From Podarcis pityusensis (lineage: Eukaryota), in the NCBI GenBank assembly GCA_964106645.2, contig OZ067039.1: DNA of 64,000 nucleotides. One strand, given 5' to 3'. A program made the translations under genes and the position numbers. Below, piece by piece: positions 1-64,000 of this stretch. Positions within the stretch are counted from its first letter, which is position 1. Every line of letters begins with the position of its first letter. The notes beneath the pieces were generated by a model that made no database searches, was not told where the DNA came from, and saw only the letters and a list, made by a program, of their open reading frames with translations.

Positions 1-479
1 CTCAGATTCTCTTGCCTCATCCCTAGTATCGTTTTCACTAGAGGAACATGAGTGCGCCTAAATGCCCAGACATCAGAACACTAGGACATTCAGCAGAAAT
101 TAAATGACTCCACAATATTTTCTTTTGAAGAAGCATTATAATTCCTCTAAGCTTTATGAACAGATATGATTAGTGGATAGTTCTTAATGAAAAGTAGAAA
201 GGCATATAGGCCATAATAGGTTTTTCTTGATGCTAAGGATAAAGAGAAAATGAGGTCTATAGCATTTAAAGAGTTGTTTGGGAATACAGTAAATGTAAAA
301 TAAAAAAAATAAACCAAGTGTGCCTCATGTGCTTTCCATTTACTGACAATCTAACAGATAGCTTTAAGAATTATTTTTTTTACTAAGCAATCCACATATC
401 TGACACTTGTTGACAAGCAATAGTGTGCTGTGCATGAGGCTCTGTATAGAAATAGCCACTAAATAGACAGCTATGATTC

Positions 480-940
480 TTATTAATATATATACTGCGT
501 ATATGCCAAAATGGTTCCTAAGGGGTTTACAACAATAAAATCAATACATCATTAAAACACACAATAACAATTCAATTGTGCACCAAAACATCCTTAATTA
601 AAATATGCAATAAAACAAACAATTAAAAAACTGTTTTTAAAGCAGTTTTAAAAACCAACACACAGTTGAAACCATCAAACCAGAAGTTCAGTTCAGGGGA
701 ATGCTTGCCTAAACAGATGTGTCTTCAGGAGCTGGCAGAACGCCAATACTGATGGGGTCTCTTATATATCAGCAGGGAGGGCATTCCACAACATTGCTGC
801 TGCCAGTGAAAAAGCCCATGTTACCACAAGCCTGTAATTATTGCAAAACTAAATTAGTTCATTTAGCTGATCTTAGTACCCTTGCTAGGCAGTGAATAAG
901 AATACTTTTTTCAGTTAACCTGGTCAGCTTATTTAGATTT
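480..940 (-). mobile_element. L2 LINE 3' fragment
   Basis: Resembles reverse-oriented squamate L2 3' region (gggagggcattccacaa...gccagtgaaaaagccc) with an AT-rich tail; boundaries approximate. Confidence 0.55.
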
Positions 941-959
941 TGTATGTATCTATCAAATT

Positions 960-1255
960 GACTCTTTCTGAAACAATATGCAAACCAAAGCACAGGTTCA
1001 AAATTCACTCATCCAAATTTAGCATTGTATTTTGCCAAACAATATTTACAAAAATGCATGTATTAGGGGAAATTACTTGCACAAATGTGTACATTACTGA
1101 AAACTGTATAGAATTGTTTATTAGGAGAAATTCATACTAAAATGCTGGTGAATTTTCAAAATTTTCAACAAATTGCTGCAAAATGTGGAGAACTGGGTTT
1201 AAGATTGGAAAAATGAGAATCCGAGACATGAAATAGACAGATTCTTCCATCCCTA
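960..1255. mobile_element. AT-rich non-autonomous DNA element (same family as 44560-45015)
   Basis: Shares catactaaaat..gaattttca and ggagaactg...gattggaaaaa blocks with the intron 8 copy; ends ttccatcccta. Confidence 0.6.
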
Positions 1256-1400
1256 CTCTGGACCAGCTGCAAGGGAAGCCCAACAAAGCTTGCATTACAA
1301 TAGTCCAGACAGTTTACCAATATATATGCCACAGTGACCACATTACCCATGCCAAGGAAAGCTTTGCTACCTTAGCTCACCTGCTGGAAGGAGAAATGGT
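1256..1400 (-). mobile_element. L2 LINE ORF2 remnant
   Basis: Translation VAYILVNCLDYCNASFVGLP resembles the L2 ORF2 C-terminal motif LDYCN..GLP. Confidence 0.6.
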
Positions 1401-1928
1401 GTGTGTTGGATTGAATTATCCCACCCCAAACTGGTGGGTGCTGCAGTCAAAAGTGACAGAGTGCAAATGACTCTAGCATTCAGAACTGTGTGTTGGATTA
1501 AACCCAGTCCAGAAGTAGTTTACTCACTCCCACCAACATCACTACACTGAATACATCTATGTAGGTTGTTTGTGTGTGCGCAAACATTTTCAGCACAGGT
1601 GTGTGTAGCAAAATGCTTACTTCATCGCTTAGGTTTTCATCGCTTAGAACAGCCATATTCTGGGGTATATTTTATGACTGATTTGTTTAAGCTGGTAACT
1701 ACATGAGTTAAGTCATTAAAGTTTAGTGTGGGACAGTTACTGGTCCAGATGTGTGTCTAGTAAAAACAACAACTGATTTGCAAGTTTCAGAGTGATTTGC
1801 TGATTGTAATACTGATCAGTCACTAAAGCCATCTTGTGTCTGTCACACACAATAGCACACCCTTGTACTCTTCATAAATTAATTTGGAATAAGCACTGCC
1901 CATTATGTTTAAAGCTATGAAGGACGTA

Positions 1929-2179
1929 CAGTCGTACCTTGGTTTGTGAACACCTTTCAACTCAAACATTTTGGCTGCTGGACACCGCAAACCCAGAAGT
2001 GAGTGTTCCAGTTTGCGAACATTCTTTGGAACCCAAATGTCCAGCACGGCTTCCGTAGCTTCTGATTGAGTGCAGGAAGCTCCTGCAGCCAATCGGAAGC
2101 TGTGCCTTGGTTTCCAAACATTTTCAGAAGTTGAACGGACTTCTGGAATGGATTCCGTTCAAGAAACAAGGTATGACTA
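1929..2179. mobile_element. Tc1/mariner (Tigger-like) MITE
   Basis: TA|cagtcgtaccttggtt ... aaacaaggtatgacta|TA: terminal inverted repeats with TA duplication. Confidence 0.85.
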
Positions 2180-2469
2180 TAATACTAACCCCATGTATCT
2201 GGAGGTAAGCCCCACTGAATTCATTACAGCTTCTGAGATGACAGTTAGGATTGTGCGGCTACTTCTCCGTAGACACATGCAGGATTACACTACAAATGGA
2301 TTATCAACAATACGCTTTGAGAGAATAGAAGGCATCCATACTGTTTAACAGATCTGATTGGGAGTACAATAACCAGGGTTTTATAGCCCTAATTAAACCA
2401 CTCAAAGAATGGTAATAAATACTACTCTTTCACCAGCTTTAAGTGTGCTAACAGTAAATCATACATATT

Positions 2470-2900
2470 AATTAATGTTAATATGTCTGGTTGGTTAGTT
2501 TTAGCCCATTGCAGGTAATCAGTGTTTAGAATTCATAAGCAGTCCAACATTCACATTCTACACTAGCTGCAACCTCCAGATCACAAGGGGAGACCTACCT
2601 AGAGTGCATTGCAGTAATTCCATCTTGTTATTACTAATGCCTGGGCTGCTGTGGTCTAGAAACAGTTGCAGTTGTGACACCAACCACAGCTGGTTGAAGG
2701 TACTCTTAGCCACACAGGCCACCTGACCTTCCAGTGACAAAGCAAGATTCAGGAGCACGCCCAATGTACCTGCTCCTTCATGGTATAATCCCATCTAGGG
2801 CAGGCAATTGACTGACCTCCTGGATCCAGAAGTCATTCACACACAGAGCCTCCATCTTGCCATGATTCAGACTCAGTTTATTAGCCCCCATCAGCCCACT
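2470..2900 (-). mobile_element. L2 LINE ORF2 remnant
   Basis: Translation LGVLLNLALSLEGQVACVAKSTFNQLWLVSQLQLFL matches the L2 post-RT region pattern; boundaries approximate. Confidence 0.65.
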
Positions 2901-3173
2901 AATACATCCACACTGGGCCAGGGCTTGCACAGCCACTCCTGATTACAGAGAAGTAAAGCTAGCTGTCATCAGCGAACTGATGAGACACAGGGGGCCAAGA
3001 CTCCTAGCTGTCATGATTTGTTTTAAAATAAGCCTCCAGCCCTTTTAAGGAGTGTTATGAAGCAAATCCTGTAGACACTGTTCTAATCAATTCCATTGTG
3101 AGAAATGAGCCTTCTCCCACCTTTCAGTGTTTGTAGACAATTAGTGAAGCCAGAGTTAGACTGATGAGTGTTC

Positions 3174-3308
3174 TAGAGAAAATTAAAGTCCTATACTCAC
3201 CAGGGAAGATCAAAATAGCTTCAATATGAAGATGGAGAAAGGACTTTCTGGCTTATTTTGAAGCCGTTTTGAGATCATCCTGGTGAGTGTATGACTAATT
3301 TATCTCTA
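3174..3308. repeat. Imperfect 135-bp palindrome
   Basis: tagagaaaattaaagtcctatactcaccagg...agaaag gac tttct...cctggtgagtgtatgactaatttatctcta. Confidence 0.8.
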
Positions 3309-4420
3309 CATTCAGACAATGGAAAAGAAATCTCATTTCATCTTTCTAATTCAGGTCCAATTTAATGAGAAGCTCCCCCCCCCCACACACTAAGTATGAA
3401 AACATTCTTAAAAACCTTGTGAATATATATAGTTACTAAATTCGTATTAAAGGTGTGGCATTATGAGGGGATCCTCAGCAAAACCTGTCCTGCTTCCTTA
3501 GCCTAGTTTGAGCTGAACGTGCACTTCAGAAGGCAATAAAGGATTTGCCAAGGAATGCAAGTGGTAGAGGACCCAACAACATTCTGGAGAATGCTTGGCA
3601 ACTTTTGCCCACAAACCCATGACTGTCATGAGGCTTCCTCTTACTGCAATAGTTCCTGTTTATAAAAGTGTAGAATTGCTGTATCAAAATTAACACAGCA
3701 GCAGTAAAACAAAGTACATTCTGGAACTGTGCTTGGAATTCTATTAAGTGCTATGGAAATATGGATTTTCTTTAAATTCACATACATCTGGTTACATTAT
3801 GTATGATATGGGGAAGTGCATCCTGTCCATTTTACAGACTGGAAAATGAGACTGGAGAAGAATCCCAAATCACACAGGGTATCTTTGACACCAAAGAGGC
3901 CCAACAAAGATCTTGCAAGTTATAGATAACCACTCTATAAATAGCTCATCCTTCTCCCTCTCAAATGTGAATTTGGAGCCTAAGAAACAATTCTTGATTC
4001 TTACCAGCCAATTTCAATTAACTCCAGAAGTATTTTTTCCACACAGGGGACTTTTCATACATCTTAATTGATTAAAAATGTATATTACTCCATACAGACA
4101 ACAGATGCATTTCTACAGTGCCTTTAAGAGGTTACAGCAGTGGCAGAAGATCCAACAGAAAAGAGGTTACTTTTCTGCGGTTTTGTCCTGCGATAGTCCT
4201 GTAATTTTGAAGTGCCTTTCTATATATTCATGCTATTTAAGATCTAGAGTCTCCATTAAAATTAGACACTTGCCCATACCGAGGGCAAACTGATTCTTTC
4301 TCAGAGTTTCTCAAAACACTGCAAATCTATTCAAGGGAAATGGGAATCAGATGAATACTACCCAGACTTTTAATGCTTCCACTTAGTGAAAACTAGAAAG
4401 AGATATATTGTAGAATGCAG

Positions 4421-4558
4421 TAGTGGTAAGGAAGCTGTGGTCCTCCAGATGCTGTTGGAGTCCAACTCCCATCAATTCCAGTCAGCATGGTCAGTGATTT
4501 GGGATGATGGGAGTTGCAGTCCAGTTATATCTGGAGGTGCACAGGTCCCTCACCCTTG
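4421..4558. mobile_element. Short palindromic MITE (caactcccatca...tgatgggagttg family)
   Basis: Self-complementary arms; further copies at 15875-15965, 47146-47278, 50977-51091 and 55556-55623. Confidence 0.75.
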
Positions 4559-5666
4559 TTGCAGAAGAAACTTGAGGCTGCAGCTTCAAATAAACAAGAC
4601 ATATCCAGCATGCAAGCAGCTTGTATAATCTGCCTTACAGACAAGTATGGTCCCTGATCCAATCAGAGTGTTGGGAGTTTCATTCAGGAGTAGAAGTGTT
4701 GTCCTGTGCCAGATCTTTCCAACAGATATGTTCTTTTAAAGAATGACTCAGTCAGAATCAGACTTTCACAACCATTTTGATCAGAGAATGGGGAAGTGAG
4801 ACTAACCCTTGCATCCGGAAGATAGCATATGCTTTAAAATGCTCTTTGAAACAACAGAATAGTGGACAAAGAAAAGTTGAATGCTTTATTTTGCAAGTCT
4901 GTATTTGCTTTTATGTCCTAGAATACTGCCCCACCACCATTCTTTCTGTTATCCATTTATATTTCCAGTTTTGCAGTAATTGTGCTTATGCAGCTGGTGC
5001 CCTGAACAGAGAAACTGAGAAACAAGAGTTTTTTCTTTGGAGATATAAAATCTGCACACTGTGTGGATGTTTTGAATTACAAATTTAGGAAGACAACAGT
5101 ACCATTAAAAGGCCATGGTGAATTGGGGTGCATCGATCACTTTACCCATCAAATAACATCAGGAGAAGTAACATATTAAAAGTAATAGGCAAGTAGTAGT
5201 GAAAGTACTCAGAACAAGATAAAATAACAAGGCTAGCAAGGAGCTCCAAATAGTTGCTTCCCCAAAATTGTGTAATTATTTGGGAATTCCTCTCTGGGGA
5301 TAATCTGTTTATATGGCCTACTCTTTACAGTGAGCTTGAAGAAATCGTAAAGAAACTGCTATCTCACAACAGGGAAGAACTGACCATGTCCTGAGGCGCT
5401 TAATTATTTGACCTAGCATGAGCAAATTGCCCCTCCATACTCACTGAGATATCTATAATTGGTTTTCATTTTTTTCTATTAAAAAAAACCCCAGTTTACA
5501 ATTATTGGTGCATTAATGGGATAATACCTTCATCTGTAGAATTGATATGGCCTTCTACCATTGCAGTTTGCTTAACGCTTTACAGAGTTTGCTACTATAT
5601 TGGTAAACATTTCTTTAAATGCTTTATTTAAGCAATTGAAGCCATGTAAAATTCAGCAGATAAACA

Positions 5667-5909
5667 CAGAGGCGTATCAAGGGTCCCTTGAACCCTTGGC
5701 AAGGAAGCTGTATTGGTACCCCCCCCATCACTTTACCACAATACCATATTAGAAATTCCTACATTTTACACAACCAAGTACCCAAAGCATCCGGAGTGAG
5801 AGTGAGGTGAAGCGGAAGGGTGGAAAAAAATGCACGCCTTTCTGTTGCGGTGTGAGAAAAACGGGAAGCTTCTCCTGCATTTGAGCTCGCCGCAATAGCA
5901 GTGTCGTGT

Positions 5910-5945
<36 letters not shown>

Positions 5946-6033
5946 GTCATACACTCCATAGCTTGGTAGCTGGTTTTTGGCCCCCGCCCCTGACCTGGGC
6001 CCCTGATTTCGCAAACCCCTAATTACACCTCTG
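5667..6033. mobile_element. hAT-like non-autonomous element containing (TA)n at 5914-5944
   Basis: TIR cagaggcgta / tacacctctg; flanks gataaaca / ggcaaaca (degenerate 8-bp TSD). Confidence 0.6.
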
Positions 6034-6264
6034 GGCAAACAGGAATATGACCAAATAGAAAAGAGAAAAAAGATGATAGTTTTTAAAATAAGTTATTTTA
6101 ATGAAATGGAAGTACTACTGCTAGTTTAGTATTGCAAGAGAATAAAACTGGAAGTGGAATCTAGAATGTGGCTTCTTCACACATTAACACCGACGGCTGC
6201 TTTCCTTGTGACATTTTAATCCTGTAAGAGGTGGATGCACACACCCCTCCAGATACACTCTATG

Positions 6265-6337
6265 ATTGGCCACTGTGAGAGGAGGATACTGGACTAGATG
6301 GGCCTTTGGCATCATCCAGCAGCGTTTTTCTTATGTA
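6265..6337 (+). mobile_element. CR1 LINE 3' tail fragment
   Basis: ggcccactgtgaga...ctggactagatgggcctttggc...ttcttatgt. Confidence 0.6.
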
Positions 6338-7039
6338 AACACTGCAGGAACAATGTCACATTTCAAAACGCTCCAATTCCTGGATGCTGTGTAGCTGCAC
6401 CCCAAAATGACTTAATCGAGAGTTTATCCCTCATTAAAGATCAACCAATGCCTATAACAATACTACAGGATGAGCAAGTCACATATTGATGCTCATAGAA
6501 CACTAAACTTGTTATGGTTCCACACTGTCCCTTATCTTTTTTTAACTAGGTATTAAGACTAAGGGCACTTCCAGACTCTCATTGTTTTTGAGTAGAATTA
6601 AATCACATACTGGAAAATTCAGGTTGCAGAATTACAGCTGATTTTGAAGTATTGTGCAACAACCTGCTCTCCCACCCCCCACCCTCACATCTTTTTTGCA
6701 GTAAGGGAAGTGCCAGGAAGTGTGGGATAACACTTGCTTTGATGCAAGGTCATCTAACCTTCCTGCAAAGAAATGAGAATGAATGCTCAATGAACAGGTT
6801 CTTTGGTCCTAAGGCAGCTGCAACATGATCTTTCAACTTTCCTGTAATCTGGAACACTTGATTAGATTAGATTTACAGCTTTGCGTGTGTATCTACGTTG
6901 CTCAGGGCAGGGGGACTTCATCTGCATCTGGGTAGTGATTCAGTGCACGAAAAGTACATCTGAAATGGGTCCGGTTTGTGAAGTTCTCAGCTGTTCAGGT
7001 CAATGGGATTCTGCTAACAGAAAGAAGGAAGGAAATCTT

Positions 7040-9182
7040 CCATGTAGAATTGTGTTTTCTATTTGTACACCATTTATATACCTCTTTGAGTCCCCCTCCC
7101 CCTTTCTACAGAATATGTAATACACACACAGAGGCAAGAGAACTTTCATCCCTTCCACACCTGATAATAACTAAACCACAACTGTATACTTATGTAGATA
7201 GGAAATGTAATAAAAAAGGGACAAGACATTGAGTGCACTCATAAAGATACAAATGAATGTAGAAAAGGCATGAACAATGATAATTACAAATGTGTAAATG
7301 CATAAAGCCCTCTTATGGAGGAATATATATAATCTGGAGGGGGGGGGGACATATGCCAAATATGAAAAAAATAAAATAAGCTAAACCAAAACTATCAGTT
7401 CTATAAACAGAAGCCTGGCCTGCAAGCAGAAATTCTTTCACATGGAGACACAATTGAGAGTGAGAGCCTCTGACACTGTACAGAATTACAAAGTGAAATT
7501 CACAAGCTGGTCAAAAGCCATTTCATAAGGCTTTCACAGACATTTTCCTATGGCAGCGTCCTTCAGAATTAGAGCTGGGAGGGAAAGGCTCGTAGGCTAT
7601 GCAAGGGAACAACTACACAAACAAGTTCAGATTGACTCTATACTTATTCCTCATTTATGTAAAAAACAAAACCTCATTGATGCAATGGTTTACAATTAGA
7701 AGATGGAAAACTATGCTAAGGACTGTGTCAGGGAAGAATGCAAATGTGTGTATATGTTTTAATAATATCCTCAAATTCCAGACTCAGGGCTGGGCTCAGC
7801 TAACCAGTTCCACCAGTGGAAGCCCACACAAGGACTTCTGCTAGCGCAATGGGGCTTTCTTCCCTTCAGTGCCCCATATCCTCCCCCACTGGCTCAGGGA
7901 TGAGGTGTCAGGAGAACCCCTGGAACCGTGGACAGCAAGAGGATAGGGTAGATTGTTTAATTAGGCAAGCAGAACAGCTTGCACTAACAAAATGACCTGC
8001 ATTGTATTCCTCCCATTATAAATAATGCAAATTAGATACATTTGCAGAAATTTACTTTGTACTATTTATTCTAACATATGATATCTTGGGAAGAGGAAAT
8101 AAGGATGTAGGAATTGGGAGCTAGAGGAGAATAAGTAGAGGGACAGAGCTAAAAATACCAGTTAAGGATTTCATTAGATTCTCTATTATTATAAGGTTGC
8201 ATTCAGTTCCACAAAGACAAAGTTCTATACTTTGCCGTGGGATCATAAGGGACACTAAATTTTTGAAAATGATGGCTGCCAATAAAGAACATTTTATAGT
8301 TGGCCGTGGATTCAGGGGTGGGGTAGGAGATGACTGGACACATAAATGGGTTCCAAGTCTGTATATGTCAGTAGAGAGTGAAGGAAATTAATTTCCACCT
8401 TGAACTAGTTAACACCAAATCCCCCACTGTGCAGAGATAAAGTGGTCCGCTTGTACTGGAGCAGCCAATAATGCCACCACAGACATGGGAATGGTGATGG
8501 AATAGAATCTATAATAGGTTTAGTGTCTAACATAAATGAAATATGTAACACCATACAAGAATTAAGTATGTAATATATAGTTCTGTACTGATGTGTCTAT
8601 AGGGAATGTCTATATCTAGCGAAGCAGGACTCTCCAAGTCTGGAAATACTGCTACTCCTCCAATGCCCAAATTCATTCATTTGCTTCTTCCCCCTCCCAT
8701 GATAGCTGAGTTGAAACAAGAGCAGAAACAAACAAGGCTGCATATCAGGAAGAAACTCAGCTAAGACACATCTATTTTTATCTGACCTGAAATGAAGCTT
8801 ATTACGGCAAAGTATTTGAATGGAGGCTGAATACTGAGCGGAGGCTGCAGCTCTCTACACACATCCATCTGGTGGCAGAACAGTCCTGTTTCACCCAGGG
8901 AACTGCATCCAATATCTAATTGAGGGTGGCAGGGCGGTGGGGGGCAAATACAGAATCAGATCAAGGAAGTGTGCTAGTGCCAAATGCAAGGACTATATCC
9001 TGCATCAAAATGCTTGGCATCTATCTTCACATCCAAGGAGTTCGCCATCTGTTCCACAGGGGTTCCCTACTGTGGATTCCTCAAGGATGAAGGGAAAGTG
9101 GGCTCCACTGAACAAATGTAGTGCTGCATAAGGGGCGAAGTGTAGTCTCTCAGCAGAGTGTCTCCACAATCTGTTCTTCCCT
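7040..9182 (-). other. FLT4: Probable FLT4 3' UTR (distal end uncertain)
   Basis: Follows the stop codon. Minus-strand AATAAA at 8065-8070. A U-rich, UGUA-containing block at about 7040-7310 ends in AATAGA (7058-7063) followed by a pyrimidine-rich stretch. Further AATAAA at 5623-5628 and 4885-4890. Confidence 0.5.
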
Positions 9183-62791
<53,609 letters not shown>

Positions 62792-63040
62792 CTAGGGAGA
62801 GAAAGAAACAAGTTTATAGTACAGAACAACAGTCACTCATTATTATCTACTCTAGTAGTTCTATCAATCATCCATCAATCATCCAATACATTTGATATTT
62901 CAAGTTTCACTAATTTTTTTAAATTCACTTTTGTATGTGTTTTTATATTGTTGTTTTATAGGTTTTAAGTTGTGCTTTTGTTTCAATGTTGTAATTATAC
63001 ATTGTTCTTTTTTAGGGCTTATCAACACTTACCTTTGGCC

Positions 63041-63138
63041 AAACTGCGGGAGGCAGTGGAAGACAGGAGTGCCTGGCATGCTCTGGTCCATGGGGTCACG
63101 AAGAGTCGGACATGACTAAACGACTAAACAACAACTAC
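63041..63138 (+). mobile_element. RTE-BovB LINE 3' fragment
   Basis: gaggcagtggaagacaggagtgcctggcatgctctggtccatggggtcacgaagagtcggacatgactaaacgactaaacaacaac; 16-bp direct repeat acacttacctttggcc at 63025-63040 and 63139-63154. Confidence 0.9.
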
Positions 63139-63229
63139 ACACTTACCTTTGGCCCTGCTATTTCCAGGCACAGGTCCACACTTAAAAGCTCAGTTTCTGC
63201 GTGTTTTGTTTCTGTTTTTGGCCCCAAAC

Positions 63230-63383
63230 TAGAGAAGGGATGGCCTGGAAAAAACCTGGAAAACCAGGTTTCCCCCCTGTTTTTTCCCAAACTGAAAAAA
63301 ATGGCTTTGGGGGGAAAAAGGAGGGGGGGAACTGGTCCCCTCCCCCCAATTTTTCTTCCCCACCCCAGGCCTTCCCATCTCTA
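63230..63383. mobile_element. hAT MITE with perfect 8-bp TSD
   Basis: ccccaaac|tagagaagggatggcctgg ... ccaggccttcccatctcta|ccccaaac. Confidence 0.85.
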
Positions 63384-64000
63384 CCCCAAACCTCCTCTTT
63401 AGTGCTCAACTGGAGCAAATGTCCATTTGGATTGTCATTTGCTCTGACTGAGCTTTTAAGAGTGGGAGGGGGAAACTGCAAAGCAAAAAAAAAAAAAAAA
63501 AAAAAAAAAAAGGTGCTCAGACACAGAGCTTTAAAGTGCAGATTGTGTCTGGAAAGAGCAGCGGAAAGGTAAGTGTGGATAAGCCCTTAGGCTGCACAAA
63601 ACTTAAAGAGGTGGTTTTTTAAAAAAATTGTTTTATAAATAGAAAATAAATTAACATTGGAGGAAACACTTAGTAGTAGTATATCAAGATTTGCTTCACG
63701 AGTTTCAGTCTACTGGTTACAGGCATCCTGCAAAAGCAGGAAAGATCTGTCACCTTAAATTCACACATTCTCTTTTACAAAAGGAGAAAATATCTGTAAG
63801 CACTTGAACTTATGTTGATTCATATCCCAGTAACACTTTTGACTGCTACTTTAATGAATGAGTTAAGCAGTGCAATATCCCCTTACAGTATTAATAAATG
63901 ATAAGAAATAAATTACACTTCGAACATCTATGTACATGGTACTTTATAAGTAAAACAGTATTTGTTTTTCAGAAACACCATGGCCAGATGAACTTAAAAT

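Larger units (their letters stand above)
63015..63586. mobile_element. PIF/Harbinger-like MITE hosting two younger insertions
   Basis: TTA|gggcttatcaacacttaccttt ... aaaggtaagtgtggataagccc|TTA; inverted arms extend about 70 bp once the BovB insert is removed. Confidence 0.85.

Noticed and set aside
62792-64000. FLT4 exon 1 and promoter
   Set aside because: No CpG island or signal-peptide exon visible; the region is intron 1 with repeats.

Overview
Vertebrate genomic DNA from a squamate reptile, most likely a lacertid lizard, judged from a Sauria SINE, a BovB tail and squamate-type MITE, CR1 and L2 repeats. The window holds one protein-coding gene on the minus strand: FLT4 (VEGFR3). I traced coding exons 2-30 by hand (62791 down to the stop at 9183). 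All 28 introns between them are GT-AG and phase-compatible, and the exons sum to 4097 nt with a phase-1 start, i.e. 1365 codons plus stop. Exon 1 and the promoter lie beyond position 64000. Most ORFs in the supplied track are spurious, exon read-throughs or repeat remnants. Most notable observations: (1) a perfect 35-bp inverted repeat in intron 22 that has overwritten part of an old CR1, a template-switch signature and candidate de novo miRNA hairpin; (2) retention of the VEGFR2-Y1175-type GKDYIPL motif that human VEGFR3 lacks; (3) a dense ETS/FOX:ETS cluster in intron 11; (4) an intron-13 read-through frame with a downstream AATAAA, mirroring soluble VEGFR1/VEGFR2; (5) a three-element transposon nest in intron 1 with all target-site duplications readable; (6) a 135-bp imperfect palindrome downstream of the gene. 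I see no firm evidence for a wholly new system. Comparisons to human or consensus sequences are from memory, not database searches.
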